DNA of 64,000 nt from Ructibacterium sp. (GCA_045539735.1 JAZQFW010000032.1:11827-75826), one strand, 5' to 3'. Positions 9,696 to 20,803 are shown, counted from the first letter of the stretch. Numbers and translations are program-made. Notes: generated from the sequence alone by a model not told the origin.

Positions 9696-11189
9696 ATGGA
9701 GAAAACGTATTTGTGTATTGACTTAAAGAGTTTCTATGCCTCAGTTGAGTGTGTGGAGCGGGGGCTTGACCCCCTGACCACCAACCTTGTGGTTGCTGAT
9801 AGTTCCCGTACCGAGAAAACAATCTGTCTTGCAGTCACGCCGAGTTTAAAGGCGTATGGAATTTCTGGCAGGGCACGCCTCTTTGAGGTTGTGCAAAAGG
9901 TGAAAGAGGTCAATGCGCTTCGCAAACAAAAAGCACCCAAGGGAAGATTCAATGGCAAATCCATAGATGTAACGGAACTCAACATGGACCCCTCGCTGAA
10001 AGTGGATTATCTCATTGCACCGCCCAGAATGGCACGGTACATGGAGGTTTCTGCCAACATTTACAAGGTTTACTTAAAGTATGTATCCCACGAAGATATT
10101 CTGGTCTATTCCATTGACGAAGTGTTTATGGATATTACCCCCTACCTGAAAACAGCGAACAAAACACCCCGCGATTTTGCAATGACCATCATTCAAGATG
10201 TGCTCAAACAGACCGGAATCACCGCGACGGCAGGGATTGGTACCAATATGTATCTTGCCAAAGTTGCCATGGATATCACTGCGAAAAAAATGCCACCCGA
10301 TAAGGATGGCGTAAGAATAGCAGAACTTGACGAGATGAGTTACCGCAGAGAACTATGGAATCATCGCCCCATCACCGATTTTTGGCGGGTGGGCAAAGGG
10401 TATGCCAAACGGCTGGAAGAACATCGGATGTACACCATGGGGGATGTTGCAAGAGCCTCTATGACTCCGTATGGCAGACTGACCTTAAAAAAGCAGTTTG
10501 GCATCAATGCTAAACTTTTGATTGACCATGCGTGGGGGTATGAACCCTGTACCATGGAAGAAGCAAAGGCGTACACGCCGGAGAACAGAAGCATCAGCAC
10601 AGGACAGGTGCTTCAGGAACCCTATACTGCCCAAAAGGCAAGGATTATTGCCTGGGAAATGGCGGAACTTTTATCGTTGGATTTGGTAGACAAAGGTTTG
10701 GTTACCGACCAGATTGTACTGACGGTTGGGTATGATATTGAAAATTTGAACAAGAACTATCATGGGGAAATTACTACGGATTATTATGGGCGTAAAGTTC
10801 CCAAACATGCCCACGGGACAAAAAATATAGGTGAGAGCACATCATCCACCAAAACGATTACGGATGCAGTTGTATCGCTTTATGATGAAATCATAGACGA
10901 AAATCTGCTTGTCAGGAGGATTACCATTGCAGCAAATCATTTGACGGCGGAATCTATGATGGAAGATAAGCAGGTGTTTGAACAATTGGATTTGTTTTGT
11001 GATTATGATGCCTTGGAACAAGAAAGCGCCCAAAAGAGAACAAGGCGTAAAAAAGAGAGAAAGATTCAAGAGGCAATCATCAACATCAAACAGCAGTTTG
11101 GTAAAAATGCAGTGCTGAAAGGTAAAAATTTAGAAGAGGGCGCTACATCCAAAGAACGCAATGAGCAGATTGGTGGCCATAAGGCATAA
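9696..11189 (+). CDS. Y-family translesion DNA polymerase (UmuC/ImpB/PolY2-like)
   Basis: CIDLKSFYASVEC, YSIDEVF, AGIGTN, QLDLF clamp-binding motif, C-terminal GGHKA. Confidence 0.93.
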   Translation: MEKTYLCIDLKSFYASVECVERGLDPLTTNLVVADSSRTEKTICLAVTPSLKAYGISGRARLFEVVQKVKEVNALRKQKAPKGRFNGKSIDVTELNMDPSLKVDYLIAPPRMARYMEVSANIYKVYLKYVSHEDILVYSIDEVFMDITPYLKTANKTPRDFAMTIIQDVLKQTGITATAGIGTNMYLAKVAMDITAKKMPPDKDGVRIAELDEMSYRRELWNHRPITDFWRVGKGYAKRLEEHRMYTMGDVARASMTPYGRLTLKKQFGINAKLLIDHAWGYEPCTMEEAKAYTPENRSISTGQVLQEPYTAQKARIIAWEMAELLSLDLVDKGLVTDQIVLTVGYDIENLNKNYHGEITTDYYGRKVPKHAHGTKNIGESTSSTKTITDAVVSLYDEIIDENLLVRRITIAANHLTAESMMEDKQVFEQLDLFCDYDALEQESAQKRTRRKKERKIQEAIINIKQQFGKNAVLKGKNLEEGATSKERNEQIGGHKA

Positions 11190-11199
11190 GGAGAGAAGA

Positions 11200-11616
11200 A
11201 TGGAAAAGTTTCCCTATGAAGATATGCTTTTGAGGGCGTATCCCAATTATGAAATTGAAAAAGACTTTCCCGACAAGGTGCTTCGCGCGGCGCAGTTTGC
11301 TCCCTTTGCCGCGTTAACCGGATTTTATGATGCGGTAGAAGAAACTGCCAGGGTTACCGACCAAAGGGTGGAACTGGACATAGATACCGCGGAGGAATTG
11401 AATCGAGTTCTGCATGAGGTAAAAGAGCATCAAGGGGAAGATGTGCTTTATACCATAACCTATTTTGTGCCGGATGAGAAAAAAGAGGGAGGAACTTATG
11501 TCACGATAACCGACCGGATTTTGGAAATCAAGGAATATGAAAGATTACTGATTTGCGAGAGGCAAGGCGCTGTTTTAATACCAGATATTATAAAATTAGA
11601 GAGAAGAAACCCGTGA
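11200..11616 (+). CDS. YolD-like accessory protein
   Basis: RAAQFAPFAALTG motif and ITYF..D..K.GG.Y; follows the Y-family polymerase. Confidence 0.85.
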   Translation: MEKFPYEDMLLRAYPNYEIEKDFPDKVLRAAQFAPFAALTGFYDAVEETARVTDQRVELDIDTAEELNRVLHEVKEHQGEDVLYTITYFVPDEKKEGGTYVTITDRILEIKEYERLLICERQGAVLIPDIIKLERRNP

Positions 11617-11634
11617 TTATTTCACGGGTTTCTT
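11604..11634. terminator. Bidirectional hairpin overlapping the stop codons of both convergent genes
   Basis: AAGAAACCCGTGA-ttatt-TCACGGGTTTCTT, a perfect 13-bp stem. Confidence 0.8.
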
Positions 11635-11849
11635 TGTTTTATGCGTGTAAACCGCGGTACGGATTCCCCGTTGTGTATCACCGTTTCTTCCCACATGGAA
11701 GCAGGGCGGACCCAAATTTTATTAGAGTCTGTCACATCGCGATAGACTACCATGTCGCTCAAATCCTCCGAGTTTTTTGCAATACATAACACCTCATAGC
11801 GGTTTCCCTTAAAATGTTGATAGATACCTTGTTCAATCATGAATTTCAC
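11622..11849 (-). CDS. DUF1653 family protein
   Basis: YQHFKGNRYEV, MVVY, WVRP, PRF. Confidence 0.9.
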   Translation of the reverse strand: MKFMIEQGIYQHFKGNRYEVLCIAKNSEDLSDMVVYRDVTDSNKIWVRPASMWEETVIHNGESVPRFTRIKQRNP

Positions 11850-11902
11850 CTCTTGGATTTATTATAGAAAACAAAAGGAGCCTTGTCAATACGGAAAAAG
11901 AC

Positions 11903-11931
11903 TTGAATTATCTTGCAAAATATGATATAAT
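11903..11931 (+). promoter_or_regulatory. Sigma-A promoter of the MATE gene
   Basis: TTGAAT-17bp-TATAAT with TG extension. Confidence 0.75.
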
Positions 11932-11969
11932 TTTTCATTAGTTTTTAAAATTCATCAAAGGTTGAGGTA

Positions 11970-13349
11970 ATGCTAGTGTTTAAGAAATTATTTGCTCCCA
12001 TCGACATGACGGTGGGAACGCCGTGGAAAAATATTGTGATGTTTACATTGCCTATGTTGATTGGCAACATTGCGCAACAACTTTATAATACAGTTGACAG
12101 CATTATAGTCGGTAAGTACATCGGTGATAATGCCCTTGCAGCAGTTGGAAGTGCGGGACCGATTGTGAATCTTTTGCTGGTTTTGTTTATTGGTATTTCC
12201 AGCGGTGCAGGAATTATGGTATCTCAGTACTTCGGTGCTAAAAACCGCGAGCGATTGTCCTATACCATCGGCAACTGTATCACAGTGACTGCGATTGCCT
12301 GTATCGGCTTAATTTTAGTTGCGGCACCATTGATTCGTCCAATTTTACTTATGCTCAATACGCCGGATTCTATCCTTGATGGCTGTGCTGATTACTTGAT
12401 GATTTCCCTTGTGGGAATTGCAGGGTTGGCATATTATAACATTTTAAGCGGTGTGATTCGTGGAATGGGAGATTCCTTTTCCTCTCTGATTTATCTCCTT
12501 GTGGCAACAGTGATAAATATTATTCTGGACATTTATTTTGTTGCAAAAGTTCAGATGGGGGTTGCCGGTGTTGCACTGGCTACTGTAATTGCCCAGATAG
12601 TGTCGTCGGTTCTTTGTGTTCTTAAACTCAGCAGAATGACAGAGCACTTTGACTTTGGTTTTAAATTTTTAAAACCGGTTGGATCCTATGTCAAAACATT
12701 GGTTCAGTTGGGACTTCCCACAGGGTTGAATCAGGCAATTATATCTTCGGCAATGATTATGGTGCAATCCCTAACTAACCAGTTTGGGGAACAAATGATT
12801 GCAGCCAATGTTGTGGTCATGAGAGTAGATGGATTTGCTATGATGCCAAACTTTTCGTTTGGTATGGCACTGACTACCTTTGCAGGACAAAATGTAGGAG
12901 CGGGACTTTATGACAGAGTTACTAAAGGTGCAAAACAAGGGACGCTTCTTGCACTTAGTTGTTCGATTGTGATTACCACCAGTATTCTCTTGTTTGGAAG
13001 ACACCTGATGGGACTTTTTACAGACACGCCGGAATTGGTAGAGTTGAGTTACCGCCTGATGACCATTCTTTCTGTTGCATACATTGCCTTTGCAATCACG
13101 CAAAGCCTTTCCGGAATCATGCGAGGTGCCGGCGATACTGTAACACCGATGTGGATTTCTTTGATAGTTACAGTTGGAATTCGTGTTCCCCTTGCGTATG
13201 GAATTTCTTATTTTAGCAGAACGCCAGAACTTCCTCACGGTATCTGTGAATGTATTCCAATTTCCTTATCGGTTGCATGGATCATTGGTGCATGTATCAA
13301 TGCATTTTTCTACGTTCGGGGTAACTGGAAGAACAAAGCCATCCAATAA
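11970..13349 (+). CDS. MATE family efflux transporter
   Basis: QQLYNTVDSIIVG, RGMGDS, NIILD, GQNVGAG; many hydrophobic segments. Confidence 0.95.
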   Translation: MLVFKKLFAPIDMTVGTPWKNIVMFTLPMLIGNIAQQLYNTVDSIIVGKYIGDNALAAVGSAGPIVNLLLVLFIGISSGAGIMVSQYFGAKNRERLSYTIGNCITVTAIACIGLILVAAPLIRPILLMLNTPDSILDGCADYLMISLVGIAGLAYYNILSGVIRGMGDSFSSLIYLLVATVINIILDIYFVAKVQMGVAGVALATVIAQIVSSVLCVLKLSRMTEHFDFGFKFLKPVGSYVKTLVQLGLPTGLNQAIISSAMIMVQSLTNQFGEQMIAANVVVMRVDGFAMMPNFSFGMALTTFAGQNVGAGLYDRVTKGAKQGTLLALSCSIVITTSILLFGRHLMGLFTDTPELVELSYRLMTILSVAYIAFAITQSLSGIMRGAGDTVTPMWISLIVTVGIRVPLAYGISYFSRTPELPHGICECIPISLSVAWIIGACINAFFYVRGNWKNKAIQ

Positions 13350-13355
13350 GAAGTA

Positions 13356-13392
13356 AAAGCAAGTCTTTGGGCTTGCTTTTCTTTCTTTTTTT
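13356..13392 (+). terminator. Intrinsic terminator after MATE
   Basis: AAAAGCAAGTC-tttg-GGCTTGCTTTT followed by a T-tract. Confidence 0.8.
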
Positions 13393-13482
13393 GTGTATAG
13401 TAAAGAATGAACAGTTGTGATAGGATTTTTATATTATCGCAAACTACGCCCCTGTGCTATAATATCTTACGGAGGTGGATGT

Positions 13483-14388
13483 ATGACAATACAGCAATGT
13501 AAATATGTGCTGAAGATTGCAAAGACGGGTTCGTTTAACGAAGCGGCAAAGCAACTTTTCATTGCGCAGTCGAGCCTTTCTGTCAGCGTCAAATCATTGG
13601 AACAGGAACTCAATATCAAGATATTTGAGCGTTCCGGCAACGGTGTTTATTTGACGGATGAGGGAGCAGAGTTCGTAAGATATGCCAGCCAGATTGCAGA
13701 ACACACTGATTTTATTGAGAAACGATATTCCTCTCAGGATGTCCATCAAAGGTTATATGTAGCAACCCAGCATTATGATTTTATTGCCGATATTTTTGCA
13801 AAGATGCTGGCAGAAACGGAGGAAGAACATTACAAGTTTTCCCTGCGTGAAATACAAACCTATGATGTGATTCATGAAATCGAAACTGCGTATAGTGATA
13901 TTGGCATCATTGCAATCAAAGACAATGATGAGGGTATCATGAAGCGGTATCTACATAAAAAGGGATTGACCTTTACACCTTTTGTCAAAGCCTCCCCCCA
14001 TGTGTTTCTGCGCAAAGACCATCCTCTGGCGACACAAACCGAACTTACCCATGCTGACTTAAAGAATTTTCCCTATGTTTCCTATGCGCAGGGAGGTCAT
14101 AATATCTCGTTCTTTACCGAGGAGATTATGAATGAACCTTACTGCGAGAAACACGTGGAAATCAGCGACAGAGCAACCCTTATGAATGTACTTCTGGTAA
14201 CCGATTGCTATACCATAGGAACCGGCATCATGCCCTCTGCACTCAATCAGGGAAACATTGTAAGTGTTCCCTTGAAAAGTGAGGAGTTTTATACCATAGG
14301 GTATCTGCTCAACGCAGACAGAAAAATTGCGCCGCTCACCGAAAAGTTTATCCGTCTATTGGTTGCATCCACCAAAGATATTTCTTAA
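13483..14388 (+). CDS. LysR family transcriptional regulator
   Basis: [22 protein letters not shown]...IFER HTH; ATG after GGAGG; TGnTATAAT at 13455-13463. Confidence 0.93.
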   Translation: MTIQQCKYVLKIAKTGSFNEAAKQLFIAQSSLSVSVKSLEQELNIKIFERSGNGVYLTDEGAEFVRYASQIAEHTDFIEKRYSSQDVHQRLYVATQHYDFIADIFAKMLAETEEEHYKFSLREIQTYDVIHEIETAYSDIGIIAIKDNDEGIMKRYLHKKGLTFTPFVKASPHVFLRKDHPLATQTELTHADLKNFPYVSYAQGGHNISFFTEEIMNEPYCEKHVEISDRATLMNVLLVTDCYTIGTGIMPSALNQGNIVSVPLKSEEFYTIGYLLNADRKIAPLTEKFIRLLVASTKDIS

Positions 14389-14399
14389 AAGGAGCGAGA

Positions 14400-15449
14400 T
14401 TGACTATGAAAGCATTAGTCAAAAAATTTCCGGAGAGAGGACTTTGGTTGGAAGATGTTCCTGAGCCTGTGACCGGAAAGAATGATGTGAAAATCAAAAT
14501 TCACAAAACTGCCATTTGTGGCACAGACCTGCATATTTATAACTGGGACGAATGGTCACAGAGAACCATTCAAACCCCGCGTGTGATTGGTCATGAATAT
14601 GTGGGAGAAATTGTCGAAATCGGTTCCAATGTGACCAACTGGAACATTGGAGAACTGGTTTCCGGCGAAGGGCATATTGTTTGTGGCAAATGTCGGAACT
14701 GCCTTGCCGGCAGAGGGCATCTGTGTAAAGAAACTGTCGGTGTTGGTGTTAACCGTGACGGTGCCTTTGCTGAATATCTTGTCATTCCTCAGGAAAATGT
14801 GCGCCGTTGCGAAAAGGGTATTTCCGAGGAAATGTATTCTATCTTTGACCCCTTTGGAAACGCAGTACATACAGCCCTCTCTTTTAACCTGACCGGTGAA
14901 GATGTGTTGATTACCGGAGCGGGACCCATCGGTATCATGGCGGCGGCAGTTTGTAAGTTCGTTGGTGCCAGATATGTGGTGCTGACCGATATCAACGACA
15001 GTCGGCTTGAACTTGCCAAGAAACTTGGCATCCAGTATACAGTGAATACTGCCAAAGAGAAACTGTCAGATGTGATGGAACAAATTTCTATCAAAGAGGG
15101 ATTTGATGTGGGGCTTGAGATGTCCGGCAGTGAAATTGCGCTTAATACCATGATTGACCATATGACTCATGGCGGAAGAATTGCGCTCCTTGGTCTTTTA
15201 AAGAATGACAGCAAGGTGGATTGGAGTAAAATTATCTTTAATGGTTTAATCTTAAAGGGGATTTACGGTAGAGAAATGCACGAAACCTGGTACAAGATGT
15301 CAGCGATGCTTCAGGGGGGTCTAGATATTTCCGGAATCATTACCCATCGCTTGGATATCAGAGATTATGAAGAAGGTTTTGAAGCCATGAACAGCGGAAA
15401 ATCCGGCAAGGTGATTCTTGACTGGACTTCCTTGCATAAAGGAGAATAA
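14400..15449 (+). CDS. tdh: L-threonine 3-dehydrogenase
   Basis: [46 protein letters not shown]. Confidence 0.96.
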   Translation: MTMKALVKKFPERGLWLEDVPEPVTGKNDVKIKIHKTAICGTDLHIYNWDEWSQRTIQTPRVIGHEYVGEIVEIGSNVTNWNIGELVSGEGHIVCGKCRNCLAGRGHLCKETVGVGVNRDGAFAEYLVIPQENVRRCEKGISEEMYSIFDPFGNAVHTALSFNLTGEDVLITGAGPIGIMAAAVCKFVGARYVVLTDINDSRLELAKKLGIQYTVNTAKEKLSDVMEQISIKEGFDVGLEMSGSEIALNTMIDHMTHGGRIALLGLLKNDSKVDWSKIIFNGLILKGIYGREMHETWYKMSAMLQGGLDISGIITHRLDIRDYEEGFEAMNSGKSGKVILDWTSLHKGE

Positions 15450-15450
15450 T

Positions 15451-16632
15451 ATGAAAACAGCATTACAATATTTTAAACATACCTGCGAAACGATTGAGCA
15501 GGAAGGACTTACCAAAAACGAGAAAATAATTACCACACCGCAAGGTGCAAAGGTAGGACTTTCCGGTGGGAAAACAGTAGTAAATATGTGTGCCAACAAC
15601 TATCTGGGACTTGGCAATAACCCTGAGGTTATCAAGGCGGCAAAAGAGAGTTATGACAATTGGGGCTACGGACTTTCTTCGGTGCGTTTTATCTGCGGAA
15701 CTCAGGAATTACATAAAAAGTTAGAGCAAAAACTCAGTGACTTTTTAGGTACCGAAGATACCATTTTGTACTCCTCCTGTTTTGATGCAAACGGCGGTCT
15801 GTTTGAAACCCTGCTCGGTGAAGAAGATGCCATCATCAGCGACGAACTCAATCATGCCAGTATCATTGACGGAATCCGTCTCTGTAAGGCAAAAAGATTC
15901 CGCTATAAGAACAACAACATGGATGATTTGAAAGCCAAACTGGAAGAAGCCAAAGATTGCCGCATCAAACTGATTGCAACTGATGGCGTCTTTTCCATGG
16001 ATGGTATTGTTGCTGATTTAAAGAGCATCTGCGACCTTGCAGATGAATATGATGCGTTGGTTATGGTGGACGACAGCCATGCGGCAGGATTCATGGGCGC
16101 GACTGGAAGAGGAACCGCGGAGCATTGCGGGGTTCAGGGAAGAGTGGACATCATTACTGGAACCTTTGGTAAGGCGCTTGGCGGTGCCTCCGGCGGTTTT
16201 ACCTCCGGTAGAAAAGAGGTCATTGACCTACTTCGTCAACGTTCCCGTCCCTATTTGTTTTCCAACACTTTGGCACCGGCGGTTGCGGCAGGTTCCTTAA
16301 AGGTGCTTGAGATGATTGAGAATGATTTTACCCTGCGGGAAAAATTGTTTGCCAATACCAGATTGTTTGCAGAGAAAATTAAGGAAATCGGTCTGGAAGT
16401 TATGGACGGAGGGACCCCCATTATCCCTGTGATGCTCTATGATGAACATAAAGCGGTAGAGATGGCACGCAGGATGATGGAAAAAGGCGTTTATGTAGTT
16501 GCTTTTTCTTATCCGGTAGTTCCCAGAGGAAAGGCAAGAATCAGAACCCAACTTTCCGCGGCACTGAGCGAGGAAGATATCCTCTTTATTGTGGATTGTT
16601 TCAAGCAGGTCAAGGAGGAAATGGGACTTTAA
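15451..16632 (+). CDS. kbl: Glycine C-acetyltransferase (2-amino-3-ketobutyrate CoA ligase)
   Basis: [40 protein letters not shown]; adjacent to tdh. Confidence 0.96.
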   Translation: MKTALQYFKHTCETIEQEGLTKNEKIITTPQGAKVGLSGGKTVVNMCANNYLGLGNNPEVIKAAKESYDNWGYGLSSVRFICGTQELHKKLEQKLSDFLGTEDTILYSSCFDANGGLFETLLGEEDAIISDELNHASIIDGIRLCKAKRFRYKNNNMDDLKAKLEEAKDCRIKLIATDGVFSMDGIVADLKSICDLADEYDALVMVDDSHAAGFMGATGRGTAEHCGVQGRVDIITGTFGKALGGASGGFTSGRKEVIDLLRQRSRPYLFSNTLAPAVAAGSLKVLEMIENDFTLREKLFANTRLFAEKIKEIGLEVMDGGTPIIPVMLYDEHKAVEMARRMMEKGVYVVAFSYPVVPRGKARIRTQLSAALSEEDILFIVDCFKQVKEEMGL

Positions 16633-16646
16633 TTTGGAGGGAATCA

Positions 16647-17294
16647 ATGAGCGCAATGATAATGCTTGTGATGGAAGTAATCGGCACCATTGCATTTGCC
16701 ATATCCGGTGCACTGATTGCGGTCAGTTGCAGTTTGGACATCTTTGGTGTTACTTTTATTGGATGTGTAACCGCATTCGGCGGAGGAATTTTGAGAGACA
16801 TTTTGATCGGTAATACCCCTCCCGGCATCTTTTCCAATATCAATATGCTGATGATTGCGGCGGCATCTTCCTGGCTGGTGTTTTTGCTTTCTTATTTTAA
16901 TGCAGCGCACTTCAAATCCACAAGAGAAAAGGTAGAGCGAGTCAATAATGTGTTTGATGCCATAGGACTTTCTGCATTTTCGGTCATTGGAACCGAAATT
17001 GCTTGTGCGGCTGGATTTCAGGATAAGGCGCTTCTTTGCATCTTGATGGGAATGCTCACCGGTGTCGGCGGAGGGATTTTCCGGGATGTACTGGTTGATA
17101 AAACTCCCTACGTGCTGAAAAAGCATGTGTATGCACTTGCGTCTATCATTGGGAGCAGTTTGTATTACCTGCTTAGCGTCTATGCTCAAAATACGGTCAT
17201 TGCAACCATCGTTGCGATTCTTGCGGTCTTTTTGATTCGTATGCTCGCAACCAAATATCATTGGAAACTCCCCAAGATTAAAATTGATGAATAA
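16647..17294 (+). CDS. UPF0126/TRIC family membrane protein (putative glycine transporter)
   Basis: AFAISGA, GGGILRD and GGGIFRD repeats, DAIGL. Confidence 0.88.
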   Translation: MSAMIMLVMEVIGTIAFAISGALIAVSCSLDIFGVTFIGCVTAFGGGILRDILIGNTPPGIFSNINMLMIAAASSWLVFLLSYFNAAHFKSTREKVERVNNVFDAIGLSAFSVIGTEIACAAGFQDKALLCILMGMLTGVGGGIFRDVLVDKTPYVLKKHVYALASIIGSSLYYLLSVYAQNTVIATIVAILAVFLIRMLATKYHWKLPKIKIDE

Positions 17295-17329
17295 GAAGGG
17301 TTGGCTTACTAAGTAAGCCAACCCTTCTT
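17293..17329. terminator. Bidirectional terminator
   Basis: AAGAAGGGTTGGCTTACT-a-AGTAAGCCAACCCTTCTT perfect inverted repeat between convergent genes. Confidence 0.88.
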
Positions 17330-18279
17330 TAAAGTTCCACCCGATTTTGAATTTGATTCTTAAAAAATGCTCGAATGTTGGAAACGATAACGCCAAGACA
17401 ACGGTTTCTTGCCTCATAAGAACCCCATGCCATGTGGGGTGTCAGGCAGACCTGAGGCAGGTCTTTGATGGCATTCAAAGGATGTGTGGCGGGGAATGGT
17501 TCTACGGTGTAAACATCAGTACCAAATCCGCCAATTTTTCCGCTCCTGACTGCCTCAGCAACGGCTTTCTCGTCGGTTACTGCACCCCGTGCAGCATTCA
17601 CCAAAATGACGCCGTCTTTCATCATGCCAATTCGTTCTTGGTTGATAAGATTTTGGGTGTCCGGTGTTAATGGTGTGTGGAGGGTGATGATGTCAGCCTC
17701 CTTGCAAAGAGTATCAATGTCGGTGCATACATAACCATCCTCGGGCGTGCGTTTGCAGGCAATTACCTTGCAACCTAAAGCCTTGGCAACCGCTGCCACC
17801 TTTTTCCCGATGTTACCGAGGCCTACCACGCCCCATGTCAATCCTGCAAGTTCATGGTAGACCGGAGTCAGCCGATTGGCAACACCGGAGGAGGAGTAAG
17901 CGCCGGTTTTTACAAAATCGGTATAGGATGAAAGATGAACCGAAAGAGCAAGCACCATAGCCGAAGTAAGTTGAGCCACGCTATTGGAGGAGTAGTCCGG
18001 AACATTGCATACGGCAATACCGTGCTCTTTGCAAAAAACAGTGTCAATATTATCATAACCGGTTGCTGCCACGCAGATGAGTTTCAAGTTTTTTGCCGCA
18101 GGCAGATTCTCTCGGTTTAGTTTTATCTTGTTAAGAACCAGCACATCGCTGTCTTTGATTCGCTCCGCGACCAGTTCAGGCGGTGTTGAGGGATAGCAAA
18201 CACATTCACCAAACGCTTCTAAAGGTTTTAGGGACAAATCCTTGCCTAGCGTATCGGCATCTAGAACTATAAGTTTCAT
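17329..18279 (-). CDS. D-2-hydroxyacid dehydrogenase (glycerate dehydrogenase-like)
   Basis: ATGYDNID, GLGNIG, LHTPL, NAARG, TPHMAW. Confidence 0.9.
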   Translation of the reverse strand: MKLIVLDADTLGKDLSLKPLEAFGECVCYPSTPPELVAERIKDSDVLVLNKIKLNRENLPAAKNLKLICVAATGYDNIDTVFCKEHGIAVCNVPDYSSNSVAQLTSAMVLALSVHLSSYTDFVKTGAYSSSGVANRLTPVYHELAGLTWGVVGLGNIGKKVAAVAKALGCKVIACKRTPEDGYVCTDIDTLCKEADIITLHTPLTPDTQNLINQERIGMMKDGVILVNAARGAVTDEKAVAEAVRSGKIGGFGTDVYTVEPFPATHPLNAIKDLPQVCLTPHMAWGSYEARNRCLGVIVSNIRAFFKNQIQNRVEL

Positions 18280-18333
18280 AAATTCCTCCAGGAAGTAATA
18301 TCCCGATTCGAAATCGAATCGGGATAGATTTTT

Positions 18334-19374
18334 TTATAACATTTTAGTTTGCTTGTCTTCGCTGGCAAGATAAGCGGATTCTACAATCTTCTGCAGAGCA
18401 ATCGCTTCTTCAGCGGTGATTGCAGGCTCGGTGTCGTTGAGAATTGCATTGCCAAAGGATTCCACTTCTTTGGTGTACATATTGCCAAAGGTGACATCCA
18501 GTTTCAGCGGAACAGGCTCATTGCGGTCTTGGTTCGCATCATAACCGAGAGAGTCATCGGAGATAAGAATATCCACATTACCGCCTTCAATCTGGCTGAT
18601 GGTTCCCTCTGCCAGAATGCTACCCTTGGTGCCGTAAAATTCCAGACGGCATCTTGCAGCAGCATCGGGAATGTTGAAGTTCGCATCCACAAAGGCAAAG
18701 GCGCCATTGTTCATCTTCATGACAATCGCAGCAGAATCGTCTGCGTTGTAGTGAAAGGTCTGGGTTGCAGAAAATCCGGTTACTTCTTTTGCGGTAAGAC
18801 CGGAGATATACTGAAGTAGGTCGATACAATGGATACCCATATCCATCAAAGCACCGCCGCCGGAGCGAGCCTTGTCCTGACGCCAGTTGTTAGGGATGTC
18901 CGGATACCAACAGGTTAACTGACCGCGCATGGAAACAATATCGCCCAGTTTACCGTCAGCAATCAGTTTTTTCATCTCCTGATGGTAGGTGTGGAACCGC
19001 ATCATTAAACCAATGCCCAATTTTACGCCCTGTGCTTTGCAGTAGTCAGCGATTTCCTGAGATTCTTCACAGGTCAATGCCATGGGTTTTTCAAGCAGAA
19101 TGTGTTTCTTTGCTTTTGCTGCGGCAAATGCTTGTTCTTTATGGCAAAATACCGGTGATGCAATATAAACTGCCTGAATTTCTTCAAGTGCAAGCAGGTC
19201 CTCCACATTGTCAAATGCGTAGGTTGCATTGTATTTTTCTCTCACTTTTTCAGCTACTTCTCCGTTTGCGTCCATGACAGCAACCAGTTCCGCGTTTTCT
19301 GCGAGCATCATGCCCGGAATGGTTCTGCGGTCAGCAATACCGCCGCAACCGATTACGCCCCATTTAATTTTCAT
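18334..19374 (-). CDS. Gfo/Idh/MocA family oxidoreductase
   Basis: GVIGCGGIA, LLEKPMA, GGGALMDMGIHCID; ATG at 19374 follows GAAAGGAG. Confidence 0.92.
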   Translation of the reverse strand: MKIKWGVIGCGGIADRRTIPGMMLAENAELVAVMDANGEVAEKVREKYNATYAFDNVEDLLALEEIQAVYIASPVFCHKEQAFAAAKAKKHILLEKPMALTCEESQEIADYCKAQGVKLGIGLMMRFHTYHQEMKKLIADGKLGDIVSMRGQLTCWYPDIPNNWRQDKARSGGGALMDMGIHCIDLLQYISGLTAKEVTGFSATQTFHYNADDSAAIVMKMNNGAFAFVDANFNIPDAAARCRLEFYGTKGSILAEGTISQIEGGNVDILISDDSLGYDANQDRNEPVPLKLDVTFGNMYTKEVESFGNAILNDTEPAITAEEAIALQKIVESAYLASEDKQTKML

Positions 19375-19434
19375 CGTAAACTCTCCTTTCATAAACAAAA
19401 GGGGCGGATGTTACACCCGCCCCGGTGGTTTTGC

Positions 19435-20742
19435 TTATCTGCCTTCCTGCATTTCCTTTACGGATTCCAGAACTGCATCAGCCATGTATTCAATCTGTTC
19501 CTGGCTCAAGCCGTACAGAGGCAGGTGAGTAAATCTCTTATAGAAGACTTCCTCACAGTTGGGACAGGTCTTTGCGATTTCATCAGAATCATAACCCATA
19601 TCCTGTACGATCTTGAAGCGGTAGAGCGGACCGAAGTGCGCAATCTGGGTAACGCCTTTTTCTTCCAGTTTCTTTTTCAGTACCTGAATGTCGCCGCCAG
19701 CCTTTGCGGGGTCAATCTGGAGCAGATAGAGGTGGAAGGTGGGTTTGATATCGTCGTTTCCGATATCCTGAGGAATGATTGCATCATTCTCAGCAAAACG
19801 CTCAGAAAGATATGCGGCTGCGTCTCTTCTGATTTTGATGATTTCTTCGTTTCTCTTTACCTGCAGGGTCAAACCAAGGCCCTGAATCTCAGTGGTAGAA
19901 GCGTTGCCCGGAACAAAGGGTTTTTCCTTACCGGGAATAGGAGTGATGTTATAGAGCCAATCTTTAATCGGGCAGGTGAAGTCCAGACCTAAGAATCTTG
20001 CTCTCTTCATGTCATCACCGAAACCAGGGATGGTGGTGGTCAGAATGCCGCCCTCACCAAAGGAGGTGATGTTCTTAACTTCGTGCATGGAGAATGCAGC
20101 AAAGTCACCGATGGTACCAATTTTTCTGCCTTTGTACATTGCACCGAATGCGTGAGCAGCATCTTCAAGAACCAAAATATTATGTTTCTTTGCCAGTTCC
20201 ATAATCGGATCCATGTCAACAGGATAACCGCCAATGTGTACCGGAACAATCATCTTAGTCTTGTCGGTAATTTTCTTTTCTACATCTTTGGGGTCCATGT
20301 TGATAGTCTTGGGGTCTACGTCTGCAAACACCAGTTTTGCACCAACTGCCAAAGGATATGCCATGGTAGCCACAAAGGTGATTGCCGGAACGATAACCTC
20401 GTCGCCGGGCTTTAAGTTTGCATATTTGTATGCAATTTCAAAACCTGCAGTTGCGTTGGTAACAAAGGTAGAGGTAGTGGTGCCGAGATATTCGTTACAA
20501 GCAGCCTCAGCCTCTTCAACCTTGCTTCCCAGAGAGAGTTTTCCGGGAGGGGTTGCAACCGCATCTAATTTCTTTACCTGTTCCCATACAGCGGTGATGG
20601 CGTCATCGTATTCTTTGCCTTCGCCCTGCATCAGAAAACGAATGATTTCCATCAAATCCTGCACGTTGTAGTTTTCGCCAACCGCAGCCCACGGAACTCT
20701 GGTGGCGCCGGTATTATACCGGAAGTCTGTTGATTTTCCCAT
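19435..20742 (-). CDS. DegT/DnrJ/EryC1/StrS PLP-dependent sugar aminotransferase
   Basis: GDEVIVPAITFVAT, PVHIGG, EDAAHAFG, FSMHEVKNITSFGEGG (PLP lysine). Confidence 0.92.
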   Translation of the reverse strand: MGKSTDFRYNTGATRVPWAAVGENYNVQDLMEIIRFLMQGEGKEYDDAITAVWEQVKKLDAVATPPGKLSLGSKVEEAEAACNEYLGTTTSTFVTNATAGFEIAYKYANLKPGDEVIVPAITFVATMAYPLAVGAKLVFADVDPKTINMDPKDVEKKITDKTKMIVPVHIGGYPVDMDPIMELAKKHNILVLEDAAHAFGAMYKGRKIGTIGDFAAFSMHEVKNITSFGEGGILTTTIPGFGDDMKRARFLGLDFTCPIKDWLYNITPIPGKEKPFVPGNASTTEIQGLGLTLQVKRNEEIIKIRRDAAAYLSERFAENDAIIPQDIGNDDIKPTFHLYLLQIDPAKAGGDIQVLKKKLEEKGVTQIAHFGPLYRFKIVQDMGYDSDEIAKTCPNCEEVFYKRFTHLPLYGLSQEQIEYMADAVLESVKEMQEGR

Positions 20743-20803
20743 TTGAAGTGCCTCCTTAAAATATGTAATTTTTATAATATTTTACTTTTATAAGTTAGAG
20801 AAA

